Assembly (NCBI GenBank): GCA_019307745.1
Contig: JAFDJA010000006.1
Location: 701-64,700, forward strand
DNA length: 64,000 nucleotides
Reading direction: 5' to 3'
Source of the DNA: Deltaproteobacteria bacterium
GTDB lineage: Bacteria; Desulfobacterota; DSM-4660; Desulfatiglandales; HGW-15
Shown: one piece after another, positions 45,662-54,528 of the stretch
How the letters are laid out: the number at the start of each line of letters is the position of its first letter
Numbering within the stretch: position 1 is the stretch's first letter
Notes under the pieces: generated by a model
The model's input: the letters and a program-made list of their open reading frames with translations, nothing else
The model's database searches: none
What the model was told of the DNA's origin: nothing
Position numbers and translations under genes: made by a program

Positions 45662-45737
45662 TCCCCGGTAGCTCAGTTGGTAGAGCAGGTGGCTGTTAAC
45701 CACCTTGTCGGCAGTTCAAGTCTGTCCCGGGGAGCCA
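45662..45737 (+). tRNA. tRNA-Asn (anticodon GTT), CCA encoded
   Basis: Hand-folded cloverleaf: acceptor TCCCCGG/CCGGGGA, D-arm GCTC-AGTTGGTA-GAGC, anticodon arm GGTGG-CTGTTAA-CCACC, T-arm GGCAG-TTCAAGT-CTGTC, discriminator G, then CCA. Confidence 0.95.
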
Positions 45738-45746
45738 AACAATAAT

Positions 45747-45779
45747 AAGGCTCAACCTATTTAAGGTTGGGCCTTTTTT
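45747..45779 (+). repeat. 33-bp direct repeat, left copy (also the tRNA terminator hairpin)
   Basis: AAGGCTCAACCTATTTAAGGTTGGGCCTTTTTT is identical to 47755-47787. It forms the hairpin GGCTCAACC/GGTTGGGCC followed by T6. Confidence 0.95.
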
Positions 45780-46182
45780 ATGTTATCAAAGGTGTTTATG
45801 TCTTTCGGCTGCGATCTAGCTCTTCTGTAACCTACCATACTTCTTTAATAGGCAACTTACCTGTTTTTCTTTTTTCTTGTAAAATAGGTTAATTTATAGT
45901 TAACATACTTCGCTAAAGACATATCAATTAACAAACATTCAGTCATATCCTTACAGTGTAATTACTGGTTTATAACTAGACTATGTATTTATAACCCCCC
46001 GTGTTACTGAAACGGGGGTATTATCCCAATCTTGTTACATCTTAATAACGATTTTTATTCGGTTTATATCTTCGCCTGGATGCCATTAAAATAGACCACC
46101 TTGGTAAACAATCTAAATCATGAGGTTGGAAAACAAAAAACATTTATTCTTATACTGCACGCAGGCTAATATGCTAATTTTA

Positions 46183-46211
46183 TTGAAAGCAAGAATGCAT
46201 CATAATATTAA
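46183..46211 (+). promoter_or_regulatory. Sigma-70-type promoter candidate for the islet operon
   Basis: TTGAAA-N17-TATTAA lies ~40 nt upstream of the ATG at 46253. Confidence 0.35.
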
Positions 46212-46252
46212 TGTTGGGCAGTAAAACAAGAAAAAGAGGAAAGGATAGAACC

Positions 46253-46786
46253 ATGACAGAGAAAAAACAAACACTTGGGCAAGCAATTGATCAAATAATC
46301 GAAGCGCTAGATTCTTTGGCGCCTGATGCGCGACAGACAGCAATCGACGCTGCATGCTCCCATTTGGGGATTGCAAAAAGCACATCTGTTGCTCCTCCTC
46401 AAGTCGTTCCACAGCCTACCGCCGCCTTAATCAGGACTCCATCACTTCATGAGACCCCTCCTGCGCATTCACCCAAAGTGATGGACATCAGAACATTCAA
46501 GGAGAGCAAGGGGCCAAAATCAGCAAAACAGATGGCTTGTGTAGTGGCCTATTACCTTGCTGAACTTGCACTAGAGGGAGAGAAGCGTGCGACTGTTACC
46601 TCGAAAGTACTTGAGAAGTATTTTAAGCAGGGGAAATTCAAACTTCCCAAGACAATAGGACAACTACTTCCTGATGCAAAGGCTTCTGGATATTTCGAAG
46701 CAGCGCCGGGCAAGGGTGAGTATGCACTGAATGCTGTGGGTTACAACTTGGTTGCTCATAACCTCCCTACAAAAAAGGGCAAATAA
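46253..46786 (+). CDS. Hypothetical protein, helical N-domain + Pro-rich linker + wHTH-like C-domain
   Basis: Start chosen at MTEKKQTLGQ (GAGGAAAGGA upstream). The C-terminal segment is KQMACVVAYYLAEL...VTSKVLEKYFKQ...GEYALNAVGYNLV. No family recognised. Confidence 0.55.
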   Translation: MTEKKQTLGQAIDQIIEALDSLAPDARQTAIDAACSHLGIAKSTSVAPPQVVPQPTAALIRTPSLHETPPAHSPKVMDIRTFKESKGPKSAKQMACVVAYYLAELALEGEKRATVTSKVLEKYFKQGKFKLPKTIGQLLPDAKASGYFEAAPGKGEYALNAVGYNLVAHNLPTKKGK

Positions 46787-47593
46787 ATGCCGGGCGTTAT
46801 TCCTGATTTCGTATTGAGACTTGAGCAGGCAAGAAAAGATCTGAACCAGATCACTTCACTTCAACTCAACTCTCAAAAACGTAGAGATTCTCTCCGATCA
46901 CTGGTCGAGGAGTATTTCAATAGTATTAGAACAAATCTTCTTGGGGCATCAGAGCAAGACGAAGACATCGGTAACGTCGACACTCTAATGCAAGATCTTC
47001 TGGTTCTATGTCATAAGCGTGGCGGCGTCAAAACCTATCAATCACTCCTATCAAAGATACGTAAGAGCCTTATCATTCTTGACGCTCGGATTGTTACGTC
47101 AACTAGTTCAGGTATCGATCCTCAGGCACTTGATTCTGTAGACACTATGATTATTGAGACCCTGAGCCAGGTTGTTCCATTTGCAGCCCTATCATATCAG
47201 CAGGCTCTCACCGATCTCGAAGCCTATCAGCGTCTCTCTTGGAGAGGACCTGCCACGGACCTCCGCGAAGCATTACGCGAAACATTGGATCATCTAGCTC
47301 CCGATAAAGAAGTTGAGGCAATGTCCGGTTATAAGAAACTGCCTGATACAAATGGCCCCACAATGAAGCAAAAGGTCCGTTACGTATTGAGGAATAGGGA
47401 TGTATCTAAAGCTCTCAGAGCCCCTGCGGAGGCAGCCACTGAGACTATTGATTCCACGGTAGGGACATTTGTTCGCTCTGTGTATACGAGATCGAGTGTT
47501 TCTACACACACACCAACTGAAAAGGAAGAGGTCACTCGCATTCGAGATTTTGTTCGAGTGGTGCTGTGTGAACTCCTTGAGATTCGCACATGA
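46787..47593 (+). CDS. Hypothetical helical protein with C-terminal R-x5-H (HEPN-like) motif
   Basis: 268 aa. The ATG directly abuts the upstream TAA. RSSVSTH sits ~30 residues from the C-terminus and is followed by one more predicted helix (EEVTRIRDFVRVVLCELLEI). Confidence 0.55.
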   Translation: MPGVIPDFVLRLEQARKDLNQITSLQLNSQKRRDSLRSLVEEYFNSIRTNLLGASEQDEDIGNVDTLMQDLLVLCHKRGGVKTYQSLLSKIRKSLIILDARIVTSTSSGIDPQALDSVDTMIIETLSQVVPFAALSYQQALTDLEAYQRLSWRGPATDLREALRETLDHLAPDKEVEAMSGYKKLPDTNGPTMKQKVRYVLRNRDVSKALRAPAEAATETIDSTVGTFVRSVYTRSSVSTHTPTEKEEVTRIRDFVRVVLCELLEIRT

Positions 47594-47754
47594 GGAGTGA
47601 AAAGGCCCAACAATCAAATGGAGGGTATTTCAAAATAGCTACGCTTTTTTGAAAACCCTCATTTGAGACGTTATATTTTCAAGCGGTTATTACTATATTT
47701 CTAACCTTTCCTCACAATGCCCATATTGTTCCGGTTGGGTGAGCCAGACTTTAC

Positions 47755-47787
47755 AAGGCTCAACCTATTTAAGGTTGGGCCTTTTTT
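47755..47787 (+). repeat. 33-bp direct repeat, right copy, preceded by a decayed tRNA 3' end
   Basis: Identical to 45747-45779. The upstream GGGTGAGCCAGAC resembles the tRNA-Asn 3' end GGGGAGCCAAAC. Confidence 0.95.
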
Positions 47788-48009
47788 GTTTTCGGAGTGA
47801 TGTATGTCTGCCTGCGTCTGATTCAACCTTGTTCCAATATACATGACCATGACAATCCTCGATTGATGATGCCTCCAATATAATGCGTTATATTTAACTT
47901 TGACACACAATCCTTATTTATATATGTTTGGTTATCGAAAAATAACCTTTTGTTATCGAGCTGTTTTCTGATTCAATTGACTTAAAGCGCTGATAAGGAG
48001 TTGGTACAT

Positions 48010-49767
48010 ATGTCCAGAGAGGGATTCTACGTTGCTGCATTTTTATTTTTGATTGTTTTTTTCTCTAACCGTTCAGAAACAGCAGGTCAGACAAACGCTG
48101 CCGTACCTGATGCCTATAATTTTTCCGACTATGCCCAGGCAACCTCGTTTGGAGGCGGTGGCGGTGTAGAAGGAAGCATCATGCTTGGAAAGGTCACAGA
48201 TTCATCAATCGCTGTCAATGTTATTTTTGACCGTTCAGATGCAGTGACAACAGTGGACGAGATTTATGTGGAGTACGGAACCACTGCAGGCGACTACATC
48301 GGCCAGACTACTGCGGACACTAATGTGGACATGTCAAATCAGACGCCATATGAGGTGGACATAACAGGTCTTAGTGCTGACACAAGATATTACTACCGTG
48401 TGGTGCCCACGATCAACTCTAATGTCCTTTTTAGCCCTGAATATACCTTTATTACACAGCGTTCACCAGGCGCTGCCTTTGCCTTTGACGTAATTGCTGA
48501 CTCACATCTTATTAAACAGAAGCTACATTGTGTACCTTCACGTTATCTTCAGGCTGTTAATAATGTTACGGGAGGTACTCCTGATTTTGTGCTGGACCTT
48601 GGTGATACATTCAGGGTTTCAAAATACAACAATGATGAAAGCAGTTATACACAGGAAATGGTCCATGAAATATTTGTTGATCAGAGGAGATTTATGGGCC
48701 ACTATTCCCATTCTGCTCCGACTATGTATGCTGTTGGGAATCATGAATGGCAGGACAACCAGCATTTTACTTATGGTGTTGCGTATTTTTCAAAAAACTC
48801 CCAGAAGCTGTACATCCCTACTCCGGTGCCGGATTCATTTTACACGGGCAACGCGATTACTAATGACAACCTTATTGGCGATAAGCTGCTGGAAAACTAT
48901 TATGCCTGGGAATGGGGTGATGCCCTGTTTATAGCTGTTGACCCGGGTTGGTACTCAGTTCTGGGCTGGGACTCTAAAGGCTGGGACTGTTCTCTTGGGT
49001 ATGACCAGTTTATGTGGCTGAAAAATACACTTGAGAGCTCAACAGCCACCTACAAGATTATATTTTTACATCACATGATTGGAACCACCAGGGGCAATAC
49101 AAGGGTGGCTATTGGTGGAGATACTGAGTGGAATTGCAGAAATAATACTACTTTCAACGACAAACGTCCAGGCTGGGGGGGTGAATGTGTTCAGGAGATA
49201 CTGGAGGCTAACGGAGTTGATCTTCTTATACAGGGACATGATCATCTCTATGCAAGGGGTTCATATAATGGTGTGACGCTCCTTAGTTGTCCCATGCCGG
49301 GAGCTCAACCTCCATGGGGCGGAGGCGCAGATGCCGAGAACTGGGACGGTATTGATGATATGGTCCTGGGCAACTCAGGTCATGTAAGGGTTGAAGTTGA
49401 TCCTACGGTTGGAATTACATTTACCTATTATTATGCCTCATTCGGCATAGGCAATATGGATTCCTATACAGGTTATACAGAGACCGCTGAGATAAGATCT
49501 GACTCAGGATATCCTGGAGGCACATATGTAAACCTGCAGGTCGCGGACGACTATACCATTTATAAACCTATTACCGGGGCAATAATAAATATTGGTGATA
49601 TCAACCGTGATGGCAGGGTGGACCTCAAGGATGTGATCGTTTCCCTGCAGATTGTCACTCAAACCACACCCAATGGATCAGTATTTACAGATGCGGATGT
49701 TAATGGAGACAGCAGGGTTGGTATGGAAGAAACAATATATGGGTTACACAAAGTGGCTAATCAGTAA
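48010..49767 (+). CDS. Secreted metallophosphoesterase (purple-acid-phosphatase-like) with C-terminal dockerin-like repeats
   Basis: Signal/anchor sequence. FN3-like PAP N-domain (VEYGTTAGDY...TRYYYRV). Metallophos motifs (GDTFR, GNHEW, FLHH, GHDHLY). C-terminal DINRDGRVDLKD and DVNGDSRVGMEE calcium-binding repeats. AAGGAG lies upstream of the ATG at 48010. Confidence 0.8.
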   Translation: MSREGFYVAAFLFLIVFFSNRSETAGQTNAAVPDAYNFSDYAQATSFGGGGGVEGSIMLGKVTDSSIAVNVIFDRSDAVTTVDEIYVEYGTTAGDYIGQTTADTNVDMSNQTPYEVDITGLSADTRYYYRVVPTINSNVLFSPEYTFITQRSPGAAFAFDVIADSHLIKQKLHCVPSRYLQAVNNVTGGTPDFVLDLGDTFRVSKYNNDESSYTQEMVHEIFVDQRRFMGHYSHSAPTMYAVGNHEWQDNQHFTYGVAYFSKNSQKLYIPTPVPDSFYTGNAITNDNLIGDKLLENYYAWEWGDALFIAVDPGWYSVLGWDSKGWDCSLGYDQFMWLKNTLESSTATYKIIFLHHMIGTTRGNTRVAIGGDTEWNCRNNTTFNDKRPGWGGECVQEILEANGVDLLIQGHDHLYARGSYNGVTLLSCPMPGAQPPWGGGADAENWDGIDDMVLGNSGHVRVEVDPTVGITFTYYYASFGIGNMDSYTGYTETAEIRSDSGYPGGTYVNLQVADDYTIYKPITGAIINIGDINRDGRVDLKDVIVSLQIVTQTTPNGSVFTDADVNGDSRVGMEETIYGLHKVANQ

Positions 49768-49985
49768 CCCTGTGTAATCTCTGAAGGACACGGCACAGTC
49801 GCGTAGAACGGGGGCCTTCCTTTGATAGTGGATATTCCGCCTCAGAGAGCACGCTGGATGCTAATAGCCCGTGTGACCCTTTACTTAACTTGAGTGCGGC
49901 GTGATACTGTTTGCTGAAAATCAACGTAGGAGAGCTATGCAAGGTTAATTTAACAATCACGAGCAAAAAAAAGGGGAAGGGACTA

Positions 49986-50525
49986 ATGAAAGACATATTG
50001 CTGAAAATCTTATGTGGTGCCATTGGCCTCTATTTCATGACAGTTCTTTTTATCTTTACTCCCTATTACAATTGGAACTATGTGAAGGAATATGGTTTTA
50101 AGAGGTGGCTCTACTTTGGAGAAGTGACCGCGACAGCTAAGGCAATCGCGTGGCCATATTTTGTCTTCACATCGTCCCGGGATTCAATCTTACATGCAAG
50201 CAAAGCCATAGAGCACTTCAACAAAGCAACTATTATAATAAATAAAAACAGGTACTTTCAAAAGATATCACAATCTGATATGATTACCATTATTGAACAT
50301 TATAAGGAAGCACTCGCTGAGGGCAGGAAAGCTGATATCCGTGACCTGAACAACTATTTCCCTGAGTTCGGAGATCACTTTAAAAGAGAATTCATTCAGG
50401 GCATTGAACTTTTTATTAAAAGCCGTGAAACCGATGACAAAATGTCCTCTATCAACTCAGAGGCTTTCCTGGACCATTGGAGTGATTGGTTTAGCGAAAA
50501 TATCGAGGCCATAAGAGGTAATTAG
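49986..50525 (+). CDS. Hypothetical membrane-anchored protein
   Basis: Start chosen at MKDILLKILCGAIGLYFMTVLF. One or two N-terminal TM helices and a helical soluble C-domain. Confidence 0.45.
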   Translation: MKDILLKILCGAIGLYFMTVLFIFTPYYNWNYVKEYGFKRWLYFGEVTATAKAIAWPYFVFTSSRDSILHASKAIEHFNKATIIINKNRYFQKISQSDMITIIEHYKEALAEGRKADIRDLNNYFPEFGDHFKREFIQGIELFIKSRETDDKMSSINSEAFLDHWSDWFSENIEAIRGN

Positions 50526-50917
50526 TCTAAACAATCGCGTTACTGTCTGAACACTACTACCCTGATTGCAGCAATCTTCATAACGGTTTTGCCCATGTCA
50601 AATGTGGAGACAGCGGACATTCGGGGGATTTTATCGGGCTTAATCCACATTGCCACATCCTTTTATCCAGAATTCTCATTGATCTGTCTTTTAAAGATCT
50701 ACAGAAAAAATGGAGAGGCATGTACTTGTCTTAAAAAAATTACCTTATCAATTTATTTGTTTTTTTCGCGGATGCTTATTCCCCGCGCGATTAACTTTCA
50801 GCATTAGGTTTACAGCGAAAAACATTTAATATCAGTTAACCAGGCTGGTCACTGCCCTGCAATCGCTCCATCATGAATCTTTGATTTACAGATGGATACT
50901 AACAAGGAGGTATATCC

Positions 50918-52405
50918 ATGGAATTGAGTGCTAAAATTAAAATTGATGATTTATTAAAAAAATACCCCTTCCTGATAGATCTATTAATCACATTGTCTCC
51001 CAAGTTTAAAAATCTTAAAAATCCTGTGATCCGTAAAACAATGGGTAAAGTGGCTACCTTAAGTAAAATATCGGCTGTAGGCGGACTGGATTTGGATGAT
51101 CTCATGTCGGCCATCGTCTCTGAGATAGAGAAGCAAACCGGTGAAGTCATAACTTTTGATAATTCCGCACCAACGTTATCCCATGATCTCTTAAAAGACC
51201 CTAAGGAGAGGCAGAAGGCACTCAAGGAAATCATAAAGGATCTTCATGAGGGAGTAGACATGGATATTCTCAAACAAAGATTTAAGCGATTGGTCCATGG
51301 ATTGGAAGCCCTGGAAATAGCTAAAATGGAGCAATCCCTCATGGACGAAGGCCTGCCTGCCGAAGAGATCAAGCGACTCTGCGACGTCCACGTTGAGCTT
51401 TTCAAGGAAGCCTTAGAGGAGCAAGCCCGTCCTGAACCTGAGCAGGGTCACCCTATCCACACTTTTATGAAGGAAAACCGTGCTTCGGAAAAGATAATGA
51501 GCGAAGTAAGCATGGTCATGGGGCGGTTAGGACTGCCGCCCAGCCCTAAGGCTTTTGAGGAGCAAAAAGAAGCTCTGGGCTCCCTTATCGATCGCCTATC
51601 CGAGATTAATATCCACTATGTCAGGAAAGAAAATCAGCTTTTTCCCATGCTGGAGGCCCATCATTTCACTGGGCCTACCCAGGTGATGTGGGCAATCCAT
51701 GATGATATCAGGAAAAACCTTAAACAGGCTCAAGAGGCATTTACGCAAAATGATCCGGAACAGACCATAACCTTTCTGAAGGAAGCCATAAAAACCATAC
51801 GGGATATGATATATAAAGAAGAGCACATTCTGTATCCTACCAGCCTGGACATGCTCTCCCATGACGAGTGGATCAAAGTCAAGGAGGGCGAAGCTGATAT
51901 TGGTTTTGCCTGGGTGGTCCCGAATGAGGGCTGGCCCAAGGAGATCAAAGAAGGGCCTGAGGAGGTCCCAAATAATTTAGTGGAGGGTCTTCGAGACGTT
52001 GCCGGGGCCTTAGGTCTGGATACAGGCCATATGACTCTAGGGCAGATTAACCTGATGCTCACCCACCTTCCAGTGGATCTGACCTTTGTTGATGAAAACG
52101 ATTGTGTGGTCTATTACTCCGAAGGACCAGATCGTATTTTCCCAAGGAGTCCGGCGATAATTGGCCGTGAAGTCCGAAACTGCCATCCTCCCAAAAGCGT
52201 CCACCTGGTCAACAAAATTCTGGATGAGTTCAAGTCCGGTTCTAAAAAATCAGCCGAATTTTGGATTGAATTAAACGGTAGGTTTATCTATATCCGCTAC
52301 TTTGCAGTGCTCGACGCCAAGGGCTATTACAGGGGCACCCTGGAGGTTAGTCAGGATATTACAGAAATCCGCCGCTTGTCAGGTGAACGACGATTGCTGG
52401 ACTGA
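50918..52405 (+). CDS. DUF1858 - hemerythrin-like - DUF438 - PAS domain protein
   Basis: N-terminal KIDDLLKKYPFLIDLL...KNPVIRKTMGKVATL (DUF1858-like), a helical HHE-type region, and LTFVDENDCVVYYSEGPDRIFPRSPAIIGREVRNCHPPKS (DUF438 hallmark). AAGGAGG lies upstream. Confidence 0.75.
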   Translation: MELSAKIKIDDLLKKYPFLIDLLITLSPKFKNLKNPVIRKTMGKVATLSKISAVGGLDLDDLMSAIVSEIEKQTGEVITFDNSAPTLSHDLLKDPKERQKALKEIIKDLHEGVDMDILKQRFKRLVHGLEALEIAKMEQSLMDEGLPAEEIKRLCDVHVELFKEALEEQARPEPEQGHPIHTFMKENRASEKIMSEVSMVMGRLGLPPSPKAFEEQKEALGSLIDRLSEINIHYVRKENQLFPMLEAHHFTGPTQVMWAIHDDIRKNLKQAQEAFTQNDPEQTITFLKEAIKTIRDMIYKEEHILYPTSLDMLSHDEWIKVKEGEADIGFAWVVPNEGWPKEIKEGPEEVPNNLVEGLRDVAGALGLDTGHMTLGQINLMLTHLPVDLTFVDENDCVVYYSEGPDRIFPRSPAIIGREVRNCHPPKSVHLVNKILDEFKSGSKKSAEFWIELNGRFIYIRYFAVLDAKGYYRGTLEVSQDITEIRRLSGERRLLD

Positions 52406-52608
52406 GAATAGCCGTTACGTCCGGGCATTGAAAAGCATCTTTTAATCCCTACCATTTCAATTTTAAAGTGATTGATCTAGTCCTTGTTTGAATTAGCATG
52501 ATAAGAAAAAAATATGCAGGAACAGGATCTGATGTAAAAACATAACAGGCTGTTCAAAGGAAACCCCTGAGCTGCCTGTTGCTTCTGATGAGTTATTGAA
52601 AAATAAGG

Positions 52609-54528
52609 TCAATAATTGACTGAAGGAAAAAGATTTCTATCAGTATGGGGCAGAAACATTGCCGCGATGTACTCATCCATAAACGGCTGATATGTGGAGA
52701 GCTCAATATTCGTAGCACTATTGGCAATCTTTCGTGCCCGGTCAGACGCATATTCCGATAAAAGGGCCATGCGCGCGCCTATCAGGGAGCTGTTGCCTAT
52801 AAACTTTATCCTGGCCGGGTCAATGTCAGGAAGCAGACCAATACCGATTGCCTTGGGTATATTGAGATAGGTCCCAAAACCACCTGCCACATAAAAGGTA
52901 TCAATCTCTTCAGGTCGAACCCCTATGTAATCCAGAAGAGATTTTATAGCCGCAAACACTGCCCCTTTAGATCTTATGATATTGCTTATGTCCGGCTCTG
53001 AAATGGTCAGATCAGCCCCTGTCTCTGTATCCTCTGCGTAGGCTACAATGAACTCCGGCTTCCCGTCCTTTTCAATCAATCTCCTGTTTCTGCGGGCCTG
53101 ATCAAATTTGCCGTCCTTATTGATTATTCCACTTCGGGCAAACTCATATATGCAGTCAATAAGACCTGAGCCACATATCCCTCTTGGCTTCGCGTTATCA
53201 ATAGTCTGATATTCCAGCTCGCCATCCTCAATACTCACCCTTTCTATTGCCCCACGGGTCGCGCGCATGCCATTCTGAATCCCTCCTCCTTCAAATGCAG
53301 GGCCTGCACTGGCGGAACAGCATACAAGGTATTCATTATTTCCAAGTGCTATCTCTCCATTTGTGCCAACGTCAATAAGCAGATTCATTTCTGGCTTATC
53401 TGAAATCCCGCAAGCAATTATCCCTGCCACTATATCACCCCCCACATAACTGGCGATACAAGGAATCGCATGAAGCACACCTTCAGGGTGAACAGCAACT
53501 CCCAGGTCTTTCGCGAGAACAGGCGGAAAAATACTTGCAGCCGGCACATAGGGTGACATCCTTATATTGCAGGGAGACATTGCAAGAAGGAGATGGGTCA
53601 TTGTGGTATTCCCTGCTGTCATTACTGTTGTTACCTGATCTGGCCTGATGTTATTTTTATCGGTCAAATTTTTTATAAGGCTGTTAACAGTTTTCACAAC
53701 CGCCCCATGGAGTTGATTCAGGCCGTTATCCCTGTTGCACGCATATATCATCCTGGATATAACATCAGCCCCGTAACCTGCCTGGGGATTATGGCTACCT
53801 GATATCCCTATAACCTTGCCTGTCTTCATGTTGATGAGTTGGGCCACAATAGTGGTTGTCCCGATATCGATTGCAGTACCATAACTCTCCCTTGAAGTAT
53901 CACCCGCCTCAATCATGGCTATCTTCCAGATATTATCATATTTTATTATGGTAGCAGTAACTTTCCAGTCTGCTTCGCGGATCACCTGCCCCATGGTCTG
54001 CAACGCGGAAAGGGCAGGCTCGAAATAACGAAAGTCTGTTTGCTTCTTCAACTCGACAATGATGCGTTCCACATCACTCACGTTATCTTCTGCTGTAGGC
54101 TCGTCAAGCTTCAGGTAGAGTTTTCTGGCAAGGGGATCAAAAAGTGACAAGGGGTCGGATGCCAATTTTGGTACAGTGTGGATTTCAGGCTGACTGAAAT
54201 CCATCGCAACATCCTCCATGAGGATTTGCTCAGAATCAAGACGCGATTCAGGTGGAATAACCACCTCCAGATCACGACTTATCACGGCCTGACAGGCTAA
54301 TGCATAGCCCGCCTCTATTTCCTCTTTTGACAGAAAGCTGATTTCACTCTTTCCCGCCCTTATCTTATTGTCCTTTACCTGAACGCGGCACTTTCCGCAG
54401 ACACCATTTCCCCCGCAAAGGCAGTTTATATTGACTGACGCCTTCTGGGCAGCTTCAAGAATAGTAGTACCCTCTTCTATTTCAATGATTGTTTCTTCCG
54501 GTAAAAAGTTGACATTGTATTTTTTCAT
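52609..54528 (-). CDS. ASKHA-fold protein with N-terminal 2Fe-2S ferredoxin domain (RACo / corrinoid activation-like, DUF4445)
   Basis: Plant-type ferredoxin motif CGGNGVCGKCRV...C. The C-terminal actin-like ATPase blocks (AIDIGTTT, LIDVGTNGE, CCSASAGPAFEGGG) are typical of reductive activators of corrinoid enzymes. Confidence 0.8.
   Translation of the reverse strand: MKKYNVNFLPEETIIEIEEGTTILEAAQKASVNINCLCGGNGVCGKCRVQVKDNKIRAGKSEISFLSKEEIEAGYALACQAVISRDLEVVIPPESRLDSEQILMEDVAMDFSQPEIHTVPKLASDPLSLFDPLARKLYLKLDEPTAEDNVSDVERIIVELKKQTDFRYFEPALSALQTMGQVIREADWKVTATIIKYDNIWKIAMIEAGDTSRESYGTAIDIGTTTIVAQLINMKTGKVIGISGSHNPQAGYGADVISRMIYACNRDNGLNQLHGAVVKTVNSLIKNLTDKNNIRPDQVTTVMTAGNTTMTHLLLAMSPCNIRMSPYVPAASIFPPVLAKDLGVAVHPEGVLHAIPCIASYVGGDIVAGIIACGISDKPEMNLLIDVGTNGEIALGNNEYLVCCSASAGPAFEGGGIQNGMRATRGAIERVSIEDGELEYQTIDNAKPRGICGSGLIDCIYEFARSGIINKDGKFDQARRNRRLIEKDGKPEFIVAYAEDTETGADLTISEPDISNIIRSKGAVFAAIKSLLDYIGVRPEEIDTFYVAGGFGTYLNIPKAIGIGLLPDIDPARIKFIGNSSLIGARMALLSEYASDRARKIANSATNIELSTYQPFMDEYIAAMFLPHTDRNLFPSVNY

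Noticed and set aside
48494-48934. 146-aa same-strand alternative-frame ORF inside the metallophosphoesterase gene
   Set aside because: It lies fully inside a gene whose main frame carries all the catalytic motifs, and it has no independent start signals.
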